Assembly (NCBI GenBank): GCA_963758525.1
Contig: CAVWVQ010000003.1
Coordinates: 864,001-928,000 of the forward strand
Direction of reading: 5' to 3'
DNA: 64,000 nt
Source: an uncultured Phycisphaerales bacterium
Lineage (GTDB): Bacteria > Planctomycetota > Phycisphaerae > Tepidisphaerales > Tepidisphaeraceae
Positions within the stretch are counted from its first letter, which is position 1, and the number at the start of each line of letters is the position of its first letter. Below are positions 10,850 to 20,238 of this stretch, in pieces. The notes under the pieces are model-generated. The model did not search any database. It saw nothing but the letters and a program-made list of their open reading frames with translations, and was not told where the DNA came from. A program made the translations under genes and the position numbers.

Positions 10850-11844
10850 ACGAACGTGCGCGATTACACGCCCGTGCGAGAAGCAAGCTGCCCAGAGGGC
10901 AGCCGCTAAACGGTTTTTGGAAGCGCGTAATCGCGCAAGGTCATTTAGCTGCGGAATGCTGTTGTGGGCTGTGCTCACGGTCGCGGGATGTGCGGCCCGC
11001 GCGCGACGGCGCTTCCGGGAGATATCGAATTCGCGCAGTCCAGCAGCGCCGCCAGAGCGGCCTTCGATCGCGGCGACAGCAAGCTTGCCGCTGTGCTCTA
11101 TGAGCGCGCGGGTGCGCGGGCGCGTCTCATTGCCGAGGCGCAATCCATAGCGGATGTGGATTTCAACCAGGCGTGGTGTGAGACTGAGCTGGGTGATTAT
11201 GACCGGGCGGACGGTCTTCTTCTCGAGGCGGGATATGAGGCGGCGCGCTGGGGGATGGCGGGACCGACATTCAGTTGCTTCGCTGCCGGGTCGCGCTGCT
11301 TCGCGGGGATGTGGATGAGGCGGTTCAGCGGCTCAACGCATTGCTGAAGAACGCATCGGTGTCAGCCGCCTATCGACCGCGGGTGTTGGTGCTGGAAGGG
11401 AAGATTCAGTTGGCGCAACATGACATTGCTGCCGCGGATGTCACGTTGGGGCAAATCCCGCAGAACGGTCTTTCGCCGCTGACTCGTGCTGATGTGGAGG
11501 AGCTGCGCGGGGAGATTGCCGTCGCTAATCATCGCTGGCTGAACGGAGCCAAAGCTTTCGATGCGCAAGCGGGCCTGCTGCGCGGCATCCATCGCTATCG
11601 TGCGATGGCGCTGGCAATCAGCCGCGCGGCGGCGGCGTATGAGTCGGCGGGCGACAATGAACTGGCCGCAGATCGCTACTGGCGAGCCGCGCGAAGTCTA
11701 AACGAGCAGGAAGACAATGCAGCCGCGCGGCGCGTCACCGAGGCAGCGGATCGTTGTGCGAAACTTGCTGATAATCGCGAGCTGATGAAGCTGATCAGTC
11801 GGGAGCAAACTGGTTCGAAAGCCGCGCACACCGACCCGCCCTGA
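10833..11844 (+). CDS. TPR-like helical putative lipoprotein (frameshifted in this sequence)
   Basis: Lipobox-like VLTVAGC, then Ala-rich helical repeats across three frames; last gene of the Mla-like operon. Confidence 0.55.
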
Positions 11845-11852
11845 TCATTGCA

Positions 11853-13007
11853 TCAACGTCGTCGGCCTTCCAGCAGGTATGTTTCGACGTTTCCGCTCCC
11901 CTTGATGTAGAACTCGCCGCGCTCTTCGAAGAGATAACGGTCCTTGAGCTGCGCATGGACGGCGCCGCTGACCTGAATACTTCCCGGCAGACCCATGGAC
12001 TCCATGTGGGCGGCGGTGCTCACGGTCTGTCCCCAAAGGTCGTAGGCGAATCGCCGCTTTCCGATGACGCCTGCTGTGACCGGACCGTTGTGGATGCCGA
12101 TTCGCAGACTCATGACCTGTCGCGACCCGGCCGAAATGCGCCCGATGGCCGCCTGCATATCCAATGCGAGATCAGCCATCGCCTGAAGGTGATTGGGGCG
12201 CGGGTCGGGCAATCCGCCGGCGACCATGTAGGCGTCCCCAACAGTTTTAATCTTCTCAAGCTTATGACGGTCCACCAGTTCATCAAAGGTGCTGAAGATA
12301 TGATCGAGCTGCTCGACCAATTGCACGGGTGATTCGCGGTCGGCAATGGAAGTGAAGTCGTCGATGTCGGCGAAAAGAATGCTCACGTGATCGAAGCTGT
12401 CGGCGATGTGCTGCTCTCCGCGCATCAGCCGGCGGGCGATGGATTCGGGCAGAACCGCCAGCAGAAGATTCTCCGAATCCCTCTGGGCGCGCTGCAATTC
12501 ACATTGTGTTTGCCGAAGCCGTGAAACCGTCCGGCGCAATTCCAGATGGGTCACGACTTCCCGGCCCAGCGCCTCAAGCGCTTCCCGCTGGCCCGCGGAC
12601 AATTCCCGCGGCACGCGATCGATCACACACAATGTGCCCAGTGCGCACCCATTATCCATCACCAGCGGTGAGCCGGCATAGAAGCGAATATTAGGATCTC
12701 CGCGCACGAGAGGATTTTGCGAGAACCGTGGATCTTGTTCGGCGTCGGGCACGATGAACAGTCCCTGCTGATCGATGGCATGGGCGCAAAACGCCATGTC
12801 GATCGGCGTTTCGCCAACCGCAAGTCCCACCCGCGACTTGAACCACTGGCGTTTGTCATCGAGCAACGTCAGCAGGGCGATGGGCGCTTCGCAGATGTGG
12901 GAGGCCAGCAGCGTCAGATCATCGAGCGCCTTCTCCGGAAGCGTATCAAGAATTTCGAGCTCTTTGAGTATTGCGAGTCGTTCGGTTTCCTGTTGCGGTG
13001 CGGCCAT
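11853..13007 (-). CDS. GAF-domain class III adenylate/guanylate cyclase
   Basis: GAF (RQWFKS, FCAHAI, IRFYAGSPL); cyclase SILFADI, EKIKTVGDAYM, RIGIHNGPVTAGVIG, YDLWG. Confidence 0.92.
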   Translation of the reverse strand: MAAPQQETERLAILKELEILDTLPEKALDDLTLLASHICEAPIALLTLLDDKRQWFKSRVGLAVGETPIDMAFCAHAIDQQGLFIVPDAEQDPRFSQNPLVRGDPNIRFYAGSPLVMDNGCALGTLCVIDRVPRELSAGQREALEALGREVVTHLELRRTVSRLRQTQCELQRAQRDSENLLLAVLPESIARRLMRGEQHIADSFDHVSILFADIDDFTSIADRESPVQLVEQLDHIFSTFDELVDRHKLEKIKTVGDAYMVAGGLPDPRPNHLQAMADLALDMQAAIGRISAGSRQVMSLRIGIHNGPVTAGVIGKRRFAYDLWGQTVSTAAHMESMGLPGSIQVSGAVHAQLKDRYLFEERGEFYIKGSGNVETYLLEGRRR

Positions 13008-13084
13008 ATTGGATTCGCCTGAAGAGAGCTGTTCGCCGTTAAATGAATTCGGATGTTGTTGGAGTTTATGCCCGCTCGCTCTTC

Positions 13085-13545
13085 TCATTCTCCAGCGCCC
13101 GCTGCCAGCGCGGGAACCGCTTCCCAGGCCGATTGGTACGTTGCCTCCAGAGGGAGCGGGACATAGATGTCGGTCGTCAGGAACAGCGGCATTTCGGGAA
13201 GGGTCGAGCCGACGGAGACCGGCTCGATGAAAGCCTCCTGGCTGGCGCCGCCCATATAGGATGCGACGGTCAGCGGCCGATCCGTCGGCAGAACGAAATC
13301 ACTCGAATCCAATTCATCCCAGATCAGTTTGGCGATCCCCTGCGGGTCACGCGGGGTCGGAGGAAACGGATCGATGACGAGCAAGTGAATTCCGCCGCGT
13401 AGCTTTTGCGAAGCTTTCTCAGCGAAGGTGCGGATAGCGCCGGGCGAACGCTTGTTTCCGGGAGAAATGATTTCAATGACGGCAATCGTGCGATCGTTGC
13501 TCACGTGCCGAACGACGACTCGACTGGCCTTAATGGCGTAGGAAG
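13085..13545 (-). pseudogene. DUF4058 family protein, 5'-truncated
   Basis: IAVIEIISPGNK, GIHLLVIDPFPP, LPEMPLFL, VPLPLEATY; N-terminal half replaced by the RAYT end. Confidence 0.7.
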
Positions 13546-13569
13546 CTGTTAAGGTGACATCCACCGTTT

Positions 13570-13944
13570 TTATTTGCCTTTTTCCGGCATCTTCGGCCTG
13601 CCTCTCGGATTCAGAGTGTACTGCAGCCCCATCCGGCCCGCCATTTTCAGGGTCCAGGGATCGCTTCCCAGCGGCCGGCCACGCTCGAAGCTAAGTGCCA
13701 CCCGTTTCACGGCGGCCGGATCCATCGGCTCGTTCACCAGCGCCGTCCAGTTCCGCGGGCGGTCGATCGGCCAATCGTCGAGCAGTTGTCTCGCCAGCTC
13801 TTTCTCGCAGCCCAGGCTCGACCGGTGCCAGTCCTGCGCCCGCTCCACCATCTTCGCCCGCAATGGATTGGCTTCCACATAACGCAGCAGTGTCAGCAAA
13901 TGCCCGTCCTCCTGGACAACGAAGCTCTTGTAGCGACCCTGATA
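13570..13944 (-). mobile_element. REP-associated tyrosine transposase (RAYT/Y1) C-terminal fragment
   Basis: YQGRYKSFVVQEDGHLLTLLRYVEANPLRAKMV..AQDWHRSS...RGRPK; HUH-containing N-terminus missing. Confidence 0.8.
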
Positions 13945-14672
13945 ACCGCTTCATCCATCCAATCGTCGCTGATCTTGTCGGCCACACGCGGGTCCTCTTT
14001 GATCGCCGCGAGGTTGGCCGTGGCCATCACCAGCGTGTCGGTCACCGTCGCGGTATCGCCCGCGGCGGCATCGCACACGTTCACCGCCAGGATCGCGCCG
14101 TGACGCCGTGACCCCCTTCGGAGAGGTCCACCGCGTGCTCGGCCTTGTGGGCCAGATGCGTCGTGCCGTCCTTCATCTTGGTGATCTTCGCTTGGGGATC
14201 GCGCGGGTTGTGCCAGTCATCGTTGCTGGCCTTGTTTTTCCGCTTCTTATCCAGCTTGGCCAGTTCTTCCCGCGTGGGCGTTTCGATGCCGCTCTCTTTG
14301 GCCAGACGGGTGAGGAACTCCTGATAACCCTCGCCGCTGTCCCGACGCACGATCGATCGCATCGCCGCGTTGGCCTCCAATGTCGTGGAGTCCACGCCCG
14401 CGGTTTTTCCCTGGATCAAGTCGTGGTTGGCCAGAATCTTCAGGATGTGAGTGAACACCTCGGCGTGAGTTTCGATGTCGATCAGACGCCGCGTCCGCGA
14501 GATCGTCGAATGGTCCGGGGCGGCCTTGTTCACCGGGATGCCCAGGAACAGCTTGAGTGAACTGCTGTCATTGCAGCGCCAGTCGATCCCGCGTTCGGAG
14601 TCGATGCCCTCGAAGTAGCCCACCAGCAGGCAGCGGAAATACACGCCCGGAGCAACGCCCGGCCGCCCGCCC
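13945..14672 (-). mobile_element. IS1182-family (DUF772) transposase fragment
   Basis: GRPGVAPGVYFRCLLVGYFEGIDSERGI, PDHSTISRTR, VDSTTLEANAAMRSI, LAHKAEHAVD; truncated at both ends. Confidence 0.8.
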
Positions 14673-14728
14673 TTGGCACCGTCATCGATTTTGCGAGCAA
14701 GCCCAGCTTCTCTGACAAGGTTCTGAAG

Positions 14729-15040
14729 GTGCTGGTCACAGCTACGAATAATGGAACGAGCACCTATTCGGGATACCGGCCTGAGGTCGAATTATATTGG
14801 GGTACTTTCGACGTGCAGTGGGAACATCGGTCGCATAAGGCATTCGCATTGCCCGCCGACTGGGCCAAGATGTCCCCCGGCCAGTCACGACAGAAGGTTG
14901 TAGAACTGCCATTGCCGGCAGCCGGAGATTACAGCGTCTTCGCCACGTTGGACGTCTTCCGGAATGAAAAGGGCGAAAACCTGTACCTGGTCGGGGCGGG
15001 CTCGGGCCACAGTGATGCAAAACTGCTGCACGTTCCATAA
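14729..15040 (+). CDS. hypothetical protein (probably a 5'-truncated fragment)
   Basis: 103-aa ORF with beta-rich, protein-like composition abutting the IS fragment. Confidence 0.35.
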   Translation: MLVTATNNGTSTYSGYRPEVELYWGTFDVQWEHRSHKAFALPADWAKMSPGQSRQKVVELPLPAAGDYSVFATLDVFRNEKGENLYLVGAGSGHSDAKLLHVP

Positions 15041-15058
15041 GCTGCCGCCGCGGCATGA

Positions 15059-15541
15059 TCATGGGCCCGGCTTTCTGATCTCCAACGACTTTGGCTCAAC
15101 CGCCTCCAGAGCAACAAATGAGAGTGCGATTTGCCAGCCCAACTGACCCACGCTGGGCCGCGGCTCGCGGCTCAACTTGGCAAGTTGTTCATACGCCGGT
15201 GCTTGGCCGACCATTTCCATCGTTTCGTAGCCTCGGATCGCACAACGCTGCTCCTTTGGCAAATCGACATTCTCGATCCAGACAAAGGTTGGGGAAGCCA
15301 CTGCCTTCCCGTCGATTTTCTCAATCTTAAGAGTTCCGACGCCACTCTTGAACTGGTCGTATCTGGTTCCTTCCAAAAGAACCAGTTGACCGAGCGGAAC
15401 GCCAAGCCCGCCGATCGGCACCATGCCCGTCTGCACCGTGATTGGACTTTCGTCCTGCGGCTGGTCACTGGATCGGACGGCGTTGCAACCCGCAACCAGC
15501 AGTGCGACGAGCATCAGTATTGAGCTTGGTATGGGGCACAT
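15059..15541 (-). CDS. hypothetical lipoprotein
   Basis: Signal peptide with lipobox LLVAGC. Confidence 0.55.
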   Translation of the reverse strand: MCPIPSSILMLVALLVAGCNAVRSSDQPQDESPITVQTGMVPIGGLGVPLGQLVLLEGTRYDQFKSGVGTLKIEKIDGKAVASPTFVWIENVDLPKEQRCAIRGYETMEMVGQAPAYEQLAKLSREPRPSVGQLGWQIALSFVALEAVEPKSLEIRKPGP

Positions 15542-15614
15542 AACGCAAACCTTAATTTTGCAGATTTCCGCGCTGGTGCGATTCAAAATAAAATCGCACA
15601 TGTTGCTTTTACAC

Positions 15615-16236
15615 TCACGTCGGGCTGATGGGAACCGCACCGCATTCTGGACACTGATCAGGCGTGCCGCGCATGTCGTAGCCGCAGGCGTGGCACAGCC
15701 CCCGACGCGATCGGCTGCAGGATGAATACCGTTGGCGTGCGCAAGGCAAAACGGCCCACAACGAATCCGGGCAAACTCGCAAAAAGGCCCGCGAAAACCC
15801 AGTATGGGATAAACATCCGATGCCCCCAGCTCGGGTTGCGGTAACCGAAGTCCCAGCGGTTGCAGAAGCCCAGACGGTTTAAAAGAGTGATTGGCGCCAT
15901 GACGTATTTGGTCGGGCGATCTTGTTGCCAAAACCAGTGTGATGTGTGGAATGAAGGGAATTTTCTCCTGTCGATTGCGAGTTCACCGAAATCTGAACTA
16001 TTCCCGCGCTGGACATCGTCCTCGGTTATGCATTCAGTGAACGCCTGCGTGCAGATCAAGTCTCCATCATCGGATTCGAACCCCTCGACCAGCATCCAAA
16101 CGGGAGTGACATGGGTAAAGTAGCGGACCACTACGACGCGATCCGCGACTTGATAGCTGCGGATCCAGAACGCAACGAACGCCGCGCAACAGATAATTGA
16201 AAGCACCGTCAAGAAGTGGAGGAATGACCGTTTCAA
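15615..16236 (-). CDS. membrane protein with C-terminal zinc ribbon (frameshifted)
   Basis: N-terminal TM ...FWIRSY, second TM IPYW, then GLCHACGYDMRGTPDQCPECG in another frame. Confidence 0.7.
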
Positions 16237-16377
16237 TTTCGATCATCATATCGCCGTCGTAAGTTCAGGCCCATGGAGCCCCGTAGCGCATCCCGACCGT
16301 CACATCCAATAAGCGGGATTACCGGCGCACCGGGATAGGGGCGATGCAACCGCCTCTCGGCCGCCATCTACAAGGCA

Positions 16378-16711
16378 ATGAGCTCTAACATCAGAACTCG
16401 AAATCAGGTAGGATTTCCGACCCTGCGAAGACGCAAGGTCCTTCTTCTGACTTTTTCATACAGCAACCGGTCATTGCCTCGAACCTGGTGGTTTCTGAGC
16501 CCAAGCTCATTCTGTTGCTTGCTATTTTGCCCGTCTGCTGGCTTGCGATGTTCGCACGTCGTAAATGGCATGCCGTCGAGTACTTCCGTCGGGTGTCTGC
16601 CCGCGATGCGGATACGACCTCCGTGCCACCCCGGATCGCTGCCCCGAATGCGGGGAGGTGGTCGAGCGGAGTCCGTTGAAGAGCGAACGACCGCAACCGC
16701 TCGCAAAGTAA
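16378..16711 (+). pseudogene. C-terminal remnant of a paralogous zinc-ribbon membrane protein
   Basis: TM LILLLAILPVCWL followed in another frame by [21 protein letters not shown]. Confidence 0.6.
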
Positions 16712-16824
16712 ATGATGTCCTTCTAAATCGGAAAAAGAAAAACCCTTCTCAGTCATTACGGCATGAGGCCGCCTGCGGCGACACGGCGGGCATGCCCACC
16801 GGCTAAACGAGGAGGGAAAATAAT

Positions 16825-16860
16825 GTGCCATTTCGTGCCATTTCGTGCCATTTCGTGCCA
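16825..16860. repeat. 10-bp tandem repeat (GTGCCATTTC)x3.6
   Basis: Read directly from sequence. Confidence 0.9.
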
Positions 16861-17009
16861 CTTGACGGGGAAAGCTGGGGCCTGGACGCTCTGATTGCAA
16901 ATTCGGGCGGCAGTGAACGTCGCATCGCGGATGGTCATTTCAGCAAGGAGTCAGAAGTTCGGACAATCGGGCTGCGGCCCAGGCGCAGAGCAATTCCGAC
17001 GGACGGTCC

Positions 17010-17538
17010 GTCGGCTTTGGGAGATTCACAATCAAGGTGGATTGCCGTCTGCGGAATCTGTTAGAAACAGGCTGAATGGATAGCTCATTATGGACGGCGG
17101 AGAGCGCCATCGAGGATTCTCGGGGAAGTTGAGGAATGGTCCGCACGGCGGCTCGACGCTGTCATCGATTCGGAGCGCACGCTGGAGCCGCCGAGCGGAC
17201 CCTACGCCTCGAACAGACAATCGTTGCCAGAGGAGAAATCGGAGGTCAATCAACGTCGCATGGGGTGCAAGCGAAAGTGATACGGTGACGCGATGACAAC
17301 AGATCCGCGGGGACAGCCGCGGGTTCAGCACCAAGGCGCACTGCGATTGACGACGCGCGGAGACCATGGCCGAGCGCGTGGGAATCAATGAGCGAATGGC
17401 CACAAAAAACACAAAAACACAAAAAGGAAATAGAGAGGCCACGCGCAACAGCAGAAAGTGAATCGGAAGCTGCTCTCGTCCTCAGCCTCTCTTTTTTTTG
17501 TGTCGTTTGTGCTTTTTCGTGGCAATCACTCTTTTGGG
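17010..17538. repeat. ~393-bp repeat copy 2 plus ~125-bp imperfect terminal hairpin
   Basis: Homologous to 6013-6405; continues GCCACAAAAAACACAAAAACACAAAAAGG...TTTTGTGTCGTTTGTGCTTTTTCGTGGC (17399-17523). Confidence 0.95.
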
Positions 17539-17541
17539 AAG

Positions 17542-17591
17542 AACTAAAGGTGACGCGAACCATAATATAAACGTTCGCGTCACCTTTAGTT
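17542..17591. repeat. perfect 19-bp inverted repeat (REP-like)
   Basis: AACTAAAGGTGACGCGAAC - 12-nt loop - GTTCGCGTCACCTTTAGTT. Confidence 0.9.
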
Positions 17592-17597
17592 ATTCGC

Positions 17598-18131
17598 GTC
17601 GGCTTTGGGAGATTCACAATCAAGGTGGATTGCCGTCTGCGGAATCTGTTAGAAACAGGCTGAATGGATAGCTCATTATGGACGGCGGAGAGCGCCATCG
17701 AGGATTCTCGGGGAAGTTGAGGAATGGTCCGCACGGCGGCTCGACGCTGTCATCGATTCGGAGCGCACGCTGGAGCCGCCGAGCGGACCCTACGCCTTTG
17801 GAACAGACGGAATCGTCGGCAGAGGAGAAACTGGCGGTTAATCAATGTCGCACGGGGTCGAGCGAGAATGATACCGTGACGCAATCACAACAGATCGGCG
17901 GGGACAGCCGCGGGTTCAGCACCAAGGCGCACTGCGATTGACGACGCGCGGAGACCATGGCCGAGCGCGTGGGAATCAATGAGCGAATGGCCACAAAAAA
18001 CACAAAAACACAAAAAGGAAATAGAGAGGCGACGCGCAACAGCAGGAAGTGAATCGGAAGCTGCTCTCGTCCTCAGCCTCTCTTTTTTTTTGTGTCGTTT
18101 GTGCTTCTTCGTGGCAATCACTCTTTTTGGG
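17598..18131. repeat. ~396-bp repeat copy 3 plus terminal hairpin
   Basis: Direct, diverged repeat of 17010-17538; hairpin at 17990-18115. Confidence 0.95.
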
Positions 18132-18165
18132 CTGGCGCGGCAGGAGGGCGGCGAAGGAGGTGCAG

Positions 18166-18460
18166 CGTGAACGGCCAGCGTGCGGGATACCCCGTTTTCG
18201 GCAAACGGCGCGCAACTGTTGCGCGCGGTGTCGCGCGGAGGCGGGAAGTATCCCGCGCCATTGCAAGGAGTTGGAGGCCGGATGCGACATGCGGCGCTGC
18301 AAATTCTGTCGCGCGATGTCGCATGGGGAAGGACGGAGGCAGTCGGCGATTCGACAGGCAGGGCAATTCCGACGAGGATCCGTCGCCTTTGGGAAACTCT
18401 CAATCAATCTGAAATCGCGGATGCAAAACCTGGAAGAGCAAAGATCGGGTTGTCGAAGTG
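18166..18460 (+). repeat. second dispersed non-coding repeat (module A plus degenerate module B)
   Basis: Aligns to 63680-63920 on the minus strand (GCAAACGGCGCGCAACTGTTGCGCGC...GGATGCGACATGCGGCGCTGCAAA.TCTGTCGCGCGATGTCGCA). Confidence 0.85.
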
Positions 18461-18623
18461 GAACGAGAGGGGCTGACGTGCGGGCTGTTTCGGACAGATT
18501 TGTCGCCAACCTCCGGGATGTAAAGAAACGTCAAAGTTTGTAAAGGAGAGCGGATATGGGGGCCATTGGAATTCGCATTTCAAGTAGCGGATTGCACATT
18601 GCAAATTGGGTATCATCGCGCTG

Positions 18624-19655
18624 ATGGCTGACAGTTATCAATCCATCCTCGAGGCACTGGCGAAGTGCAGGAACGTGCTGATCACGACGCATGTCCGCCC
18701 CGATGGGGATGCGCTGGGGAGCAGCGCGGCGCTGGCGATGGGACTGCGGAATAAGGGAATCGCGGCGAAGGTGTTGCTGCTGTCGCATTTGCCGACCAAG
18801 TATGCGTTTGTGTTCCGGGACAATGAGATTGCTCATGTTGACGCTGAAAGTGGGTGGCCGGGCGGGTTGTCGCTGGATGCGTTTGACGCGCTGCTGGTGG
18901 TGGATACGGGGACATGGTCGCAGTTGCCGGGGCTGCGCGAGCGGGTGGAGCATTGGCGGGGGCCGAAGCTGGTGGTCGATCATCATCTGACGCAGGAGAA
19001 CTGGGCGGACGCGAAGCTGGTGGTGACGGAGGCGGCGGCGGCGGGAGAGATCGTGGCGGAGCTGCTGGATCGATGGGGCGTGGAGCTGGACCGGCCGATC
19101 GCGACGGCGCTGTATCTGGCGATCGCCAGCGATACGGGGTGGTTTCAGTTTTCCAACACGCGGCCGTACACGCTGCGCCTGGCGGCACGGTTGATGGAGG
19201 TGGGCGTCGATACCGACAGGCTCTACCAGGCCCTTTACCAGAATGAGCGGATGGAGAGGATCGCGCTGCAGACGCGGGCGCAGGGGTCGCTGGAGCTGTT
19301 GTGCGACGGCCGGCTCGCGGTGATGCGGATTTCGCGGAAGGATTTCGAGGAGACGCACGCGGGCGTGCCGGATACGGAGAATCTGATCAATATTCCGCTG
19401 CAGATTCGGACGGTGGAGGTGTCGCTGGTGTTCACCGAGCCACGGGAGCCGGGCCCGGTGCGGGTGAGCCTGCGGAGCAAGGGGCAGGTCGACGTGGCGC
19501 GGTTCGCGGAGAAATTCGGGGGAGGCGGGCATGCGCGAGCGGCGGGGTTGAAAGTAGAGGGGACGCTGGCGGAAGTGCATGATCGGGTGGTGAGGGCGAT
19601 GGCGGAGAGGATAGGGATGGAGGGGCGGGAGGCACGAAGGCACGTAGGCACGTAG
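18624..19655 (+). CDS. nrnA: DHH/DHHA1 phosphoesterase (oligoribonuclease/PAP phosphatase)
   Basis: HVRPDGDALGS, VVDT, VVDHH, SDTGWF, VSLRSK, FGGGGHARAAG. Confidence 0.92.
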   Translation: MADSYQSILEALAKCRNVLITTHVRPDGDALGSSAALAMGLRNKGIAAKVLLLSHLPTKYAFVFRDNEIAHVDAESGWPGGLSLDAFDALLVVDTGTWSQLPGLRERVEHWRGPKLVVDHHLTQENWADAKLVVTEAAAAGEIVAELLDRWGVELDRPIATALYLAIASDTGWFQFSNTRPYTLRLAARLMEVGVDTDRLYQALYQNERMERIALQTRAQGSLELLCDGRLAVMRISRKDFEETHAGVPDTENLINIPLQIRTVEVSLVFTEPREPGPVRVSLRSKGQVDVARFAEKFGGGGHARAAGLKVEGTLAEVHDRVVRAMAERIGMEGREARRHVGT

Positions 19656-19743
19656 GCACGAAGGGTGAGGAAGGGGATTGGAAACGGAGGGGGAATTGCA
19701 AATTGGGGATTGCAAATATTGCAAATTGCAAATTGCAAATTGG
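19631..19743. repeat. composite short repeats (GGCACGWA)n + (ATTGCAA)n
   Basis: GGCACGAAGGCACGTAGGCACGTAGGCACGAA followed by AATTGCAAATT... runs. Confidence 0.85.
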
Positions 19744-19813
19744 AACTACCGCGAAGGGCAAGCTACTTCGACACCGTCGGCGAGTTCCAGATCATGCGAT
19801 GTCGGCAGTTCCG

Positions 19814-20201
19814 CCTTCGTCCCTTCGTCCCTTTGTCCCTTCGTCCCTTTGTCCCTTCGTCCCTTTGTCCCTTCGTCCCTTTGTCCCTTTGTCCCTCCGT
19901 CCCTTCGTCCCTTCGTCCCTTTGTCCCTTCGTCCCTTCGTCCCTCCGTCCCTTCGTCCCTGTGTCCCTGTGTCCCTTCGTCCCTTCGTCCCTTCGTCCCT
20001 TCGTCCCTTCGTCCCTTCGTCCCTTCGTCCCTTCGTCCCTTCGTCCCTTCGTCCCTTCGTCCCTCCGTCCCTTCGTCCCTTCGTCCCTTCGTCCCTTTGT
20101 CCCTGTGTCCCTCCGTCCCTTCGTCCCTTCGTCCCTTCGTCCCTTCGTCCCTTCGTCCCTTCGTCCCTCCGTCCCTTTGTCCCTCCGTCCCTCCGTCCCT
20201 T
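19814..20201. repeat. ~390-bp octamer tandem array (CCCTTCGT and variants, ~48 units)
   Basis: Units CCCTTCGT, CCCTTTGT, CCCTCCGT, CCCTGTGT between convergent genes. Confidence 0.95.
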
Positions 20202-20238
20202 CCCCCTTCCATCACCTTCCACCCTCCACTCACCCGAT

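Noticed and set aside
17399..18115. Terminal hairpins as integron attC sites
   Set aside because: No RYYYAAC/GTTRRRY core boxes, no cassette ORFs between them and no integrase in the window
6013..18131. RT plus near-identical repeats as a diversity-generating retroelement
   Set aside because: The RT has group II intron motifs with domains V/VI attached; repeat differences are not adenine-specific and no copy lies in a target gene 3' end
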